From an uncultured Planctomycetaceae bacterium (lineage in GTDB: Bacteria; Planctomycetota; Planctomycetia; Isosphaerales; Isosphaeraceae), in assembly GCA_963833985.1 (NCBI GenBank), contig CAWIAD010000002.1, positions 6,304,001 through 6,368,000 of the forward strand: a stretch of DNA of 64,000 nucleotides, given 5' to 3'. The notes under the pieces were generated by a model. It had not been told where the DNA came from. It saw only the letters and a program-made list of their open reading frames with translations, and ran no database searches. Positions 20,860-30,973 of this stretch are shown here, in pieces; position 1 is the first letter of the stretch; each line of letters opens with the position of its first letter. Position numbers and translations under genes: made by a program.

Positions 20860-21960
20860 ATGAGCCTCGTGCACCAGACTGCGGGCAGCCGCATTGTCTC
20901 GCTGGACCAGTTTCGCGGCTACACCGTGGCGGGCATGCTGCTGGTGAACTTCATCGGCGGCTTCCACGCGGTGGGCGCGGTCTGGAAGCACCACAACACG
21001 TATTGCAGCTATGCCGATACGATCATGCCCCAGTTCTTCTTCGCCGTGGGGTTCGCGCTGCGGCTGACATGGCTGCGCAGGCTGAAGACCCTGGGCGTGT
21101 GGCCGGCCGCCCGCGCCGCGGTGGCCAGGAACCTGGGGCTCATCCTGCTCGGGTTCGTGCACTACCATCTGGATGGCCGCGTGCAAAGCTGGGAAGAGCT
21201 TCAGCGCCTGGGCCTGCACGGTTTCCTGGCCAGAGCGTTCCAGCGCGATCTCTTTCAAACGCTGGTGCACATTGCCCTGGCCTCGCTCTGGGTCTTGCCG
21301 GTGATTGCGGCCGGCGCGCCGGTGCGGGTGCTCTTCGCCATCGCCTCGGCCGCACTGCATCTGGGCCTGTCGCATGCGTTTTACTTTCGCCACGCCTGGG
21401 ACGTGCCCGTGATCGATGGCGGCCCGCTCGGCTTCCTGACGTGGTCGCTTCCCCTGCTGGTCGGGTCGCTGGCGTATGACGCTGTCGCCGGCCAGGGCCG
21501 GGGAGACGGGCGGGAGGGCGCCAGTCCGGTACCCAAGCTGCTGGCCTGGTCCTGCGTGCTGCTGGCAGCGGGCTACCTGCTCTCGTGCCTGGGTGGTTCG
21601 GCGGCCGCGCCTCCCTTCGTTCCTCCGGCCGAGGGAACCGTGGCGAGCCTGTGGACGATGAGCCAGCGCACCGGCAGCGTCTCTTACCAGACGTTCGCGG
21701 CCGGCTTCTCGCTGGCCGTGTATGCCGTCTTCGTCCGGTGTTGCGACGAGGGCGGCATGGCCATCGGGCTGTTCCGGACCTTCGGCCAGAATGCGCTCGC
21801 CGCGTACATCCTCCACCCTCTGGTGGCCGGTGCGGTGAAGCCGTACATGCCGCCGAACGCGCCACTCTGGTACGTGGCAGCCGGATTCGGAATCTACTTT
21901 TTGATCTGTTACGTGTTCATTCGCTATCTTGAGAAGAGCGGGATCTTCCTTCGGCTCTGA
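20860..21960 (+). CDS. Multi-TM acyltransferase-like protein (heparan-alpha-glucosaminide N-acetyltransferase-like)
   Basis: RIVSLDQFRGYTVAGMLLVN, ADTIMPQFFFAVG, FGQNALAAYILH. Confidence 0.8.
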   Translation: MSLVHQTAGSRIVSLDQFRGYTVAGMLLVNFIGGFHAVGAVWKHHNTYCSYADTIMPQFFFAVGFALRLTWLRRLKTLGVWPAARAAVARNLGLILLGFVHYHLDGRVQSWEELQRLGLHGFLARAFQRDLFQTLVHIALASLWVLPVIAAGAPVRVLFAIASAALHLGLSHAFYFRHAWDVPVIDGGPLGFLTWSLPLLVGSLAYDAVAGQGRGDGREGASPVPKLLAWSCVLLAAGYLLSCLGGSAAAPPFVPPAEGTVASLWTMSQRTGSVSYQTFAAGFSLAVYAVFVRCCDEGGMAIGLFRTFGQNALAAYILHPLVAGAVKPYMPPNAPLWYVAAGFGIYFLICYVFIRYLEKSGIFLRL

Positions 21961-22010
21961 CCGCCGTCTCATACCGGAGCGGGCGGCTGCCGCGACTCTG
22001 CTGTTTCGAG

Positions 22011-23009
22011 GTGAATCGCGTGGCTTCCGATGTCGCTGACTTACCGCCGATCGCCCTGGGGCTGGACGACATCGTCGCGGCCGCCGGCCGGCTCCAGCCC
22101 TGGGTCCATCGCACCGCGGTGTTGACGTCGCGGACGCTCGACGAGCGTGCCGGTGCAACGGTGTTTCTCAAGTGCGAGAACTTACAGCGCGTCGGGGCGT
22201 TCAAGTTCCGCGGCGCGATGAACGCCTTGCTGCTGCTGGAAGACGATCAGAGGAAGGCGGGAGTGGCCACGCACTCCTCGGGCAACCATGCCCAGGCCCT
22301 GGCGCTGGCGGGGCGGCTGCTGGGCGTGCCGGTCACCATTGTGATGCCGCGCACGGCGCCCGCGGTGAAGCGCGCGGCCACCGAGGGTTACGGCGCGCGG
22401 ATCGTGCTCTGCGAGCCGACGCTCGAGTCGCGCGAGGCCACCGTCGCCGAGGAATGCCGTCGCCATGGCCTGGCGCTGGTCCATCCGTTCAACGACTGGA
22501 ACGTGATCGCCGGCCAGGGAACCGCTGCGCTGGAGTTGCTGGAGCAGGCGGGGCCGCTCGACGTGGTGATCGCCCCGGTTGGCGGCGGGGGCCTGTTGTC
22601 GGGAACGGCGCTGGCGGTTTGCGGCCGCGCGCCCGGCACGCAGGTCCTGGGGGCCGAGCCGGCCAGCGCGGATGACGCCCGCCGCTCGCTGGAGACCGGC
22701 ACGATCCAGCCCTCGCTCGACCCGCGCACCATCGCCGACGGCCTGCGGACCTCGCTGGGCCCGCGCACCTTCGCCGTCATTCGCCGCCACGTCGCGGGCA
22801 TCGTGACCGCCAGCGACGCCGAGATCATCGAAGCGACCCGGTTTGTCTGGGAGCGGCTGAAGATCGTCATCGAGCCGTCCAGTGCCGTGGTCGTGGCACC
22901 GTTGCTGGCGGGCCTGATGCAAGGAAAGGGGCGTGTCGGCGTGATCCTGAGCGGAGGTAACGTGGACGTCCAGAGCTTCTTCCAGGGCCTTGCGGCGCAG
23001 TGGCTCTGA
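22011..23009 (+). CDS. PLP-dependent serine/threonine dehydratase / serine racemase family enzyme
   Basis: LKCENLQRVGAFKFRGA, SSGNHAQA, VGGGGLLSG, ILSGGN. Confidence 0.92.
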   Translation: MNRVASDVADLPPIALGLDDIVAAAGRLQPWVHRTAVLTSRTLDERAGATVFLKCENLQRVGAFKFRGAMNALLLLEDDQRKAGVATHSSGNHAQALALAGRLLGVPVTIVMPRTAPAVKRAATEGYGARIVLCEPTLESREATVAEECRRHGLALVHPFNDWNVIAGQGTAALELLEQAGPLDVVIAPVGGGGLLSGTALAVCGRAPGTQVLGAEPASADDARRSLETGTIQPSLDPRTIADGLRTSLGPRTFAVIRRHVAGIVTASDAEIIEATRFVWERLKIVIEPSSAVVVAPLLAGLMQGKGRVGVILSGGNVDVQSFFQGLAAQWL

Positions 23010-23042
23010 TCCAGCTCGTCCTCGCCCTGGCGGGCCAGCCCC

Positions 23043-24371
23043 ATGAACGTGCCGATCGCGATCGCCATCATCGATCTCGCGCTGGTCATCGTGCTGCTGG
23101 TGCGCCGGCTGGACGTGCGGCTGGTGCTGCTGGCCGCGGCCGTGCCCCCGTTTGCCGTCTCGGGCGGCCTGGCGCCGATGCTCGCGCGGGTGGTCGCGGA
23201 GATGGCCAACCCCGGGACGGTGGTGCCCATCTGCACGGCGCTTGGCTTTGCGTACGTGCTCCGGGTCACGGAGTGCGATCAGCATCTCATCCGCCTTTTG
23301 CTCAGGCCGCTGGACCGGCTGCGCTGGCTGCTGGTTCCCGGCGGCGTCCTTGCCGGCTACCTGGTCAACACCACGGTGGTCAGCCAGACCGGCACGGCCG
23401 CGGTGCTGGGTCCGATCCTGATTCCGCTGCTCCGCGCCGGGGGGATTCCTCCTGCAACCGCGGGTGCCATACTGCTGCTGGGCTCGTCGATGGGCGGTGA
23501 GCTCTTCAATCCCGGCGCGGTCGAGATGCGCAAGCTGGCCCAGCTCACGGGGATCTCGGGGCCGGAAGTGGTGGCGCGGTCGAGCGCCCAGAACTTGCTG
23601 GCCTGCGGAACCGCTCTGCTCAGCTTCTGGATGCTCACCTGGTGGCGCCGCCAGCGCCGCCGTCGCGCGGATGCCGCGGAGGCGGACGGCTCCGCCGCGC
23701 CTCCGGACGAACCGGCCGGCGGCTCGGCGGCGCTGGCGATCCATCCCCTCAAGGCGGTGGTGCCGGTGGTGCCGCTGGTCCTGCTCTTTGCCGACTCCAG
23801 GCTGGGAAGCCTTTCCCCGTTGAGAGCCGTGGAGGGACCGGCCAAGATCCTGGCGGCGATGCTCATTGGCATGGTGCTTGCGGGGTTGGCCTCGCCGCGC
23901 TCGGCCGGACAGCTCGGCACGGCCTTCTTCGAGGGCGCGGGGTACGCCTACACGCACGTCATCTCGCTGATTGTGGCGGCATCCACCTTCGCCGAGTCCA
24001 TCCATCGTACGGGGTTGATCGGCGTGGTGGTGCAGGGGCTGCTGAACTGGCCGGCCGCGGCGCTTGCCGTGAGCGCTCTGGCTCCCTGGGCGCTGGCGGT
24101 GGTCTCGGGCACGGGAATCGCGCCGGCGGTCTCGGTGATGGAGTTCTTCGTGCCCGCGGCCGCGGCCATGCACCTGGACCCGGTGCGGCTTGGCACGCTG
24201 GCGGCGCTCGGCTCGCATTTCGGCCGGACGATGAGTCCTGCGGCTGCCGTCGTGGCCATGTCGTCGAAGCTGGCGCATGAGCCGCCGTCACGCCTCATTC
24301 GCCAGGTGGTCCTGCCGCTGGCGTTCGGCGCGGCTGTGCTGCTTCTGGCCACGCTGCTGGGCCTGGTCTGA
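23043..24371 (+). CDS. dcuC: DcuC/DcuD-family C4-dicarboxylate transporter
   Basis: About 11 TMs; GFAYVLRVTECDQHL, GGELFNPG, FFEGAGYAY, FGRTMSP. Confidence 0.75.
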   Translation: MNVPIAIAIIDLALVIVLLVRRLDVRLVLLAAAVPPFAVSGGLAPMLARVVAEMANPGTVVPICTALGFAYVLRVTECDQHLIRLLLRPLDRLRWLLVPGGVLAGYLVNTTVVSQTGTAAVLGPILIPLLRAGGIPPATAGAILLLGSSMGGELFNPGAVEMRKLAQLTGISGPEVVARSSAQNLLACGTALLSFWMLTWWRRQRRRRADAAEADGSAAPPDEPAGGSAALAIHPLKAVVPVVPLVLLFADSRLGSLSPLRAVEGPAKILAAMLIGMVLAGLASPRSAGQLGTAFFEGAGYAYTHVISLIVAASTFAESIHRTGLIGVVVQGLLNWPAAALAVSALAPWALAVVSGTGIAPAVSVMEFFVPAAAAMHLDPVRLGTLAALGSHFGRTMSPAAAVVAMSSKLAHEPPSRLIRQVVLPLAFGAAVLLLATLLGLV

Positions 24372-24416
24372 ACGCAACCTATCGCTTCCACTTGCGCTCG
24401 GATTTCAGGTTGTTCT

Positions 24417-25680
24417 CAGGGCTATTGACAGATTTAGCCTGGAGTAGATAGTTAAGTCTTCGTTGCTCAGGATGACACCAACGAGGGCCATGGCATGGAC
24501 GCGTCCCCACTCCTAGGCTTGCTTCATTTCCTCGGCGAGATTCCGGACCCTCGCAGCCGTCATGGCCGCCAGCATCCGCTTAGAGCGATCCTGGCGTTGA
24601 CCTGTTGCGCCATCATGTGCGGAGCCCGCAGCTATGCGGCGATCGCCCAATGGGCCCAGGACCATGACATCGCGCTGATGCACCGGCTTGGCTTCACGCG
24701 GCGCCCTCCCAAGTCCGGCGGGATCCGCAAGGTGCTCATGAGCTTGGATCCAGCCGCGCTGGAGGCCGCCTTAACTCGGTGGGCCGACGCCATGCTGGGC
24801 CGACTACCGGCGGCCGAGACGGGTTCCCCTGAAGCTTTTGCCCTTGATGGCAAGTCGGCACGCGGCAGCTTCGATGGGCTGAGCAAGGCGGTCCATCTAC
24901 TCTCGCTGGTGGCGCACGAGTCAGGGCTGACGGTCGCCCAAGCCGAGGTACCGCGCGGCGGGGTCGATAAGACCAATGAGCATAAGGCCGCCCTCAAATT
25001 GCTCTTGGACTTGGTCCTGGAGGGTCGCGTGATCACCGGTGATGCCATGTTCTGCCAGCGCGACCTGAGTCGACAAATCATAGACAGCGGTGGCCATTAT
25101 CTCTGGGTTGTCAAAGACAATCAGCCGACGCTCCTGGCCGACATCCAAGCGGCGATGGCCCCGCAGGCTGACGGGTCTTTTTCCCCCTCGGCAGCGCCGG
25201 CTCTGGCTTGAGGCGATGGACACGGCGACGACGATCGACAAAGGGCACGGCCGCCATGAGCGCCGCACGCTGACGGCCACGACCGCGCTGAATACTTACC
25301 TCGACTGGCCGGGTGTCAGCCAGGTGGGTCGGATCGAGTCGGTTGTCAAACGCGACGGCAAGTGCACGACGGAGACTCGCTATTTCATCACGAGCGTGCC
25401 GCGTGCAGTCGCCGGCGCTGAGCGGCTTCTTCAATGGTCACGAGGCCATTGGACGATCGAAAACAAGTCTCACTACGTACGCGACGTGACCCTGGGAGAG
25501 GATGCCAGCCGCATCCGCAAGAACTCTGGGCCAGAGGTCATGGCAGCGTTCCGAAACCTGGCCATCGGTTTGCTGCGCTCGTGGCAAGCGAACAATATCG
25601 CGGAGGCCATGAGGAGAAACGCTGCCCGAGTCGGCGAACTCTTCACCAAGTTGGGCATCTCCTAACTGTGATTGGCCCTG
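24417..25680 (+). mobile_element. ISAs1-family insertion sequence, full length
   Basis: Ends CAGGGCTATTGACAG / CTGTGATTGGCCCTG (12/15 inverted match); perfect 10-bp target duplication AGGTTGTTCT at 24407-24416 and 25681-25690. Confidence 0.92.
24495..25665 (+). CDS. ISAs1 DDE transposase, split into two ORFs at a T5C5 motif
   Basis: IPDPRSRHGRQH, ALDGKSARGS, KTNE, ITGDAMFCQ, VKDNQPTL; then GHGRHERR, HWTIEN, RDVTLGED. Confidence 0.92.
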
Positions 25681-25922
25681 AGGTTGTTCTCATTTGGACT
25701 TGAGGCGAAATCGGACCTCTGTTACCTTGCCGGCGCTTTCGGCTCGAAACCATATCGTGCGCTGGACTGAAGCCAGGGCGGCGCTCCTCGGCTGCCACGG
25801 CCAGGCGCTCCTCCAGGTCGCGCGAAGGGCTGCCAGCCAGACCTTCTCTTGGTTTTCTCTGGGTCTTGACGTCCTCGGTGGGTGGAACGATCCCGAGCCA
25901 GAACGGCAAGGAGGCCACTGGC

Positions 25923-27248
25923 ATGAGTCGCCGCGCAGCCCTGATGCTCACGATGTTGCTGGGATCTCTGCTCCCGCCGGAACTGCTGGCGCAGGAGTCA
26001 CGGAGCCATCGTTCGTCGAGCTCGTCGGCGAGCCAGGGCAAGACCCTGCGTCCCACCGCCGCCAAAGACCCGGCCGATCTGGATGAGCGCGACGATTCCG
26101 CCCCTGCCGCCGAGGATCCCCCCGCCGGACTGCTGCACGAGCCCGGGTTCCAGATGCGCACCTTCGACATCGCAAAGTACACACGCGTCGCCCAGGGCCA
26201 GCAGAACCCCCAGAAGGCCATCATCGACTGGATCTTCCGCCGCACGGGCACGGCCGACTGGCACGGCGAGAAAGTGGCGGTGCTGTGCGCGAGCAAGAGC
26301 GAGGTCAAGGCGTACAACAGCCCGCAGGTGCTCAAGCAAGTGGCCGAGGTGGTCGAGCGGTTCACCGGCGCCTCCGAGGACATCCTGGCCGTGCACGTGC
26401 GGTTCTTCATCTCCACCGACACCCGCTGGCGGCACTCGGTCTTCTCGCAGCTCACCCCGGTCGCGAGCGGACCGCAAGGGCAGCAGATCTGGATCATGCG
26501 GATGACGGAAGCGTCGCTGGTCATCTCGCAGATGCAGCTTCAGCAAGGCTTCCGCAAGGTGGCCGATGAGCGCGTGGAAATGGTCAACGGCCAGTTGCTG
26601 AGCATTCGCACGGCCGAGCCGCGCACCTTCGCTGGCGGCATGCAACGCGAGAGCTCGGCCGGCCAGGGCTTCACGCCCCGCGCCGACAAGCTCGACGAGA
26701 GCATCGTGCTGAAGCTCAGCCCGCTCTTGACCTTCGAGGGCGACTCGGTCGATGCCTGGATTGACCTGACGGTGAACACCGTGCGCATGTTTCATCGCAC
26801 CAAGGTCATCGCCCCGCGCGAGCAGGGACCGCCGGAAATGTCGATCGACGTGCCGGAAGTGTCCATGACGCACCTGAACCAGACGGCCAAGGACTGGCGG
26901 CTGGGCCAGACGCTGCTCATCACCGGCGGCATCCATCCGGGAATTCTCGACAAGAAAGGCGGCTGGCTGGGCACGCCCATCGGCGCGCCGACGAGCACCG
27001 AGGTGCTCGTCTTCCTGGATGCCGAGACCGTGAGCCGCGGCCGGCCCAAAGCCTCCGCCGAGGCCGATGACCGAACGGCTCGATCGGACATTCGCCCCGC
27101 CCGCGCCGGTGCCGGCGCCGGCGCGGAGGATTCAACCGACGAGGAGCCCCCGCCCCGTACCCGCAAGACCAGGAAGTCCACGCGCGGCCCCGATCTCGAG
27201 ACCGAGAACGCCGGCGACAACAGCAATAGCAACGACAACAATCCGTGA
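25923..27248 (+). CDS. Exported hypothetical protein with secretin-like C-terminal region
   Basis: Signal peptide; LKLSPLL..GDSV, GQTLLITGG, TEVLVFL. Confidence 0.6.
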   Translation: MSRRAALMLTMLLGSLLPPELLAQESRSHRSSSSSASQGKTLRPTAAKDPADLDERDDSAPAAEDPPAGLLHEPGFQMRTFDIAKYTRVAQGQQNPQKAIIDWIFRRTGTADWHGEKVAVLCASKSEVKAYNSPQVLKQVAEVVERFTGASEDILAVHVRFFISTDTRWRHSVFSQLTPVASGPQGQQIWIMRMTEASLVISQMQLQQGFRKVADERVEMVNGQLLSIRTAEPRTFAGGMQRESSAGQGFTPRADKLDESIVLKLSPLLTFEGDSVDAWIDLTVNTVRMFHRTKVIAPREQGPPEMSIDVPEVSMTHLNQTAKDWRLGQTLLITGGIHPGILDKKGGWLGTPIGAPTSTEVLVFLDAETVSRGRPKASAEADDRTARSDIRPARAGAGAGAEDSTDEEPPPRTRKTRKSTRGPDLETENAGDNSNSNDNNP

Positions 27249-27319
27249 CCGGCCGTGGGCGCAGCCTCCTCATGCCCGGCGGCCGCCGTGGTTCCCTCCA
27301 GGAACACGAGGCCACCGGC

Positions 27320-30300
27320 CTACCGCCAGTCACCCGAGAGCACGAAGGCCGCCCAGTACAGTGGCGGCAGCGGGTCGGGCACCTTGCCGGCACCCCCTGC
27401 CTCTGGATGACCCGCGCCTCCAGCTCTTCTTGAAGAGCGGCGCCGGTATTCCTGAATCATCGCGAGCTGCGCCTGCCGCAACGCCTCGAGCCGGGAAAGG
27501 TGCTTCGTCCACAGGTTCTGGTAGAACCCGGCCATCAAGGTCCGCGTCGAGCTGACCTCGACCGACCAGAGGCTGGCGAGCACGGTTTGCGTCCCGGCCA
27601 GGTGGAACGCGCGTTGCAAGCCGAATACGCCCTCACCGCCGGCGACCGTCCCCAGGCCCGTCTCGCAGGCCGAAAGCACGGCCAGGTCGAGATTCTCGAG
27701 CGGTAATCCGGCGATGGCCTCGGCCGAGAGGATCTCGTGGTCGTCCGCAGAGACCCCAGCGCCCGGAGATCCGTGAGTCTTCCCGCCCAGCTCCAGGCCG
27801 GAGAGGACCAGCGGATTGCGGGCCAGCGGAGCGGACACCTTGCGCCCCAGCCGATCGAGCGGATCGGGGCCGACCTGGAGTAGCGACTGGACCTCCGGCG
27901 TGGCGAAGAACCCGTGCGTATCGAAGTGAGCCCAGCGCGCCTGGGGCAAGGCCTGGAGCACCGCTGCCATGCTGGCCGCTTCCCCCTGAAGCGTGATGAT
28001 CCGCCTGGGCCTGGCCAGGCTGACCACGGTCTCCAGCTCGTGCACGGCTCCCGGTCCCGAGCCGGGCATGCCGCCCACGGCGAGCAGCGTTCCCTGGACC
28101 AGGTCCGGGCGCCGGGGTGTCGTCAACAGGTCGAGCACGAAGGGCGCGTGCGGTGCAACCGCCAGAGCGTTCTCTTCGACCAGGAATGTCCCCGGCCGCT
28201 CGCCGGGGAGCGCTGCCCACGGAATCGCGGTCAGCAGTCCGTCGGGAACCAGGAGGACGGTCCGTGTGGCCACGGGCAGATGCCGCGCCATCGGCTCCCA
28301 GACGAGCCGGCGGAGGGTCCCCGCGGCGGCGCTTGCCTGTCCCTGCACAATGGCCTCACGCCACTCCTGGACGGCCCCGTCAATCGCGGCCGCCGGACCC
28401 AGGTCCACACATCGGACGGGCGTTCCCCGGGCCAGCACGAAGCCCACGTAGCTGGTTGTGAAGCGCAACCCCGCGTTCCCCGTCACAGCGCGGTCCTGCT
28501 CGCGCCGCGAGTAACGCGTGAAATCAAGCACGGCCACGCGCTCGGGCAACGCGTCCAGCAGCGCGTGATGGGAACTTCGCTGTAGACCGGCGACCTGCGA
28601 CCAGCCGGGCAGCGCGTCGGCAAGCTGCCGTTCCAGCCGCTCTTTCTCCGCGCTGAGCTGAGTGATCCGCTGGCTGCTTCCTTCCCCGGGTTCAGGATCC
28701 GCCAGCAACAGCCGGGCCAGCTCGCGCCGCTTGTCGTTCCAGGCCGCGAGGGCCCGGCCTGCCTCGGGACTGGACCTTGCCCGCTCGGCCAGCGCGCCCT
28801 GCCGCCGGGACAGCAGGCGCGCAATCATCGCTTTTCGCTGCCAGACGTGTGCATACAGGCCATCCTCTTTGCCGTCCAGATGCACGCCACAGGAGACGAG
28901 GCGCCAGAACATCCCCCGGGAGAGTGCCAGGTACGACACCGCGTCGGCCTCGGAGGACGAGGCCACGAACAGCTCGTCAAGGTCGTCGCGCATTGCCATG
29001 GCCCTGTCCAGCAGCACCCAGGCGCCGCGCGGTCGCCCTGCCGCAGCTTCAGGGTGCCCAGGTTGGCCAGGGCCAGCGCCAGCTCGGGATGGCCGGAGGG
29101 ATAGGTCTCCCTGCGGTACGTCGCCTGGCAGATGCGCAGCGCCTCCCCGAAATCTTTCTCGGCGAGGTCGTAGTTGCCCAGTGCGGCAAGCACGTGAGCG
29201 CGGTTATTGAGAATCGCGGCCAGGTCGCGGTGGCCCGCGGGATAAACGGCTCGGGCCATCTCGAGTGCGCGCTCGTCGTGGGTTCGCGCCGCGGGAAACT
29301 CGCGTCTCTTCTCGAAGAAGACTCCGAGATCCACGAGCACCGACAGGATACTGGCGTGACCGCGGGGATATCGGCTGCGCGGATAGAGTGCCTCCTCCAT
29401 GGCGAGCGCCGCAGGTAGTACCGTCGTGCATCCTCGAGCTGGTCCTGTGCTTCAAGTGCTCTGCCCAGCTCGTCCAGCACACCGGCGATCTCGTCATTTC
29501 CCCTCGGGAATCGATCCGCAGGATAGAGCCGCTGGTACATCAAGAGCGCCTGCTCGAGACGCTTGCGCGCCTCGCCGGGGTTACCGGTCGCGTTCATCAG
29601 CCGGCCCAGGTTGGCGACGGTCCGGACAAGATCAGCCTGCCCGCGCGGGTACTTTTCGCCGGGGTAGAGCCGCTCGTACATCGCCAGGGCGCGCTCGAAA
29701 TCGCGCTGCGCGGGACCGTACTCTCTTCGCTTCGCCCGTACCACGCCGCGGTCATGCAGGCTGCGCGCGAGATCGGCATTCCCCTGGGGGAACTTTGCCT
29801 CCGGGTAGAGCCGCTCGTACATCGCGACGGATTGCTCCAGCGGCTGGAGTGATTCCTCCGACTTGCCCACGCGGTTGAGCTCGCCGCCGATGCGGTTGAG
29901 AACATGTGCCAGAAGGTAATGTCCATCGGGAAAGCGGTCGCGGGGGTAGACGACCTGGTAAATCTTCAGAGCCTTCTGGAGATGCGTGATTCCCTCGCCG
30001 TGGTTGCCCTGGGCGATCAGCTCGGTGGCCAGGTACTCATGGTTCAGCGCCTCCAGAGGATGGCGGCCTGCACAGACCACTTCCGAGACTGGCAGCGCCT
30101 TGCGGAAGCAGGCGATTGCCTCGTCGCGCTTCCCCTGCTGCGCCAGCGCCAGACCCAGGTTCAAGAGGTCGATCACATAACCGCTGGTGCGCTCGCCCAG
30201 CAGACCTTTCCGCATGTCCGGAACCTTGCGCAGCAGCGGTACGGCGTCATTGACCTTTCCCTGGGCCATCAGCTCTCGGGCCTGCCGCTCCATCCCGATT

Positions 30301-30774
30301 GCTTCCTTGAGCCTGCGCCGGTCTTGAACGCTCATCCGTGAGAGCGTCTCGGCCTTCTGGAGTTCCCAGCGCCTCGACGGCCTCGTCATTGTCCTTGCCG
30401 AAGCGCGCGGTCAAGGCGGTCAGCACGTCGCTTCGTGCTTGCTTGAGGGCGGGCCAGTCTTCACTTTGCTCGTTCCAGAGCGCCACCAGTTTCGTGGAGC
30501 GGATGACCTCGTCGCTGTCCTTGCCAAACAGCTCACGCTCGATGGCCACCATGGCCTGCGCGGCGGTCACGGCTTCCGCCGTCTTCCCTTCCGCACGCAA
30601 CTTCCTGGCTTGCTGGCTGAGCGCGTCACGCTCCTTGAGGCGTTCTCGCTGCGCCGCGGAGAGACTGATGGGCGGTTGCGGCTCGGCCCCGGTGCACAGG
30701 GGCGTGCCGAGCACTGCCGCCGTCACGATCACCGCCCGGAACCAACCCAGACGAAACCGGAGTCGAGACGCCAT
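27320..30774 (-). CDS. CHAT (caspase-like) protease with TPR array and signal peptide (indels near 30370, 29410, 29020)
   Basis: HFDTHGFF and VLSACETG dyad motifs, GEGVFGLQRAF, YWAAFVLSGD; TPR repeats in ORFs 29049-30389 and 28825-29400. Confidence 0.85.
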
Positions 30775-30973
30775 GATAACCCCCTCGAAGCGGGATCACG
30801 CGAGCAACGTTGCATCGACACGCCAGCCTCCGATCATTGTCAGTGCCCGGTGCATCGCATGCAAGACGCGGCCGGCCGTTCCCGGGCGCTGGAATGCCGG
30901 CGGCGGGGTCCGCTATGCTGAGGCCTGATTGCAAGGCCGGTGCGGATGGGTGGGGCCCGCGAGGAGGCGATCG

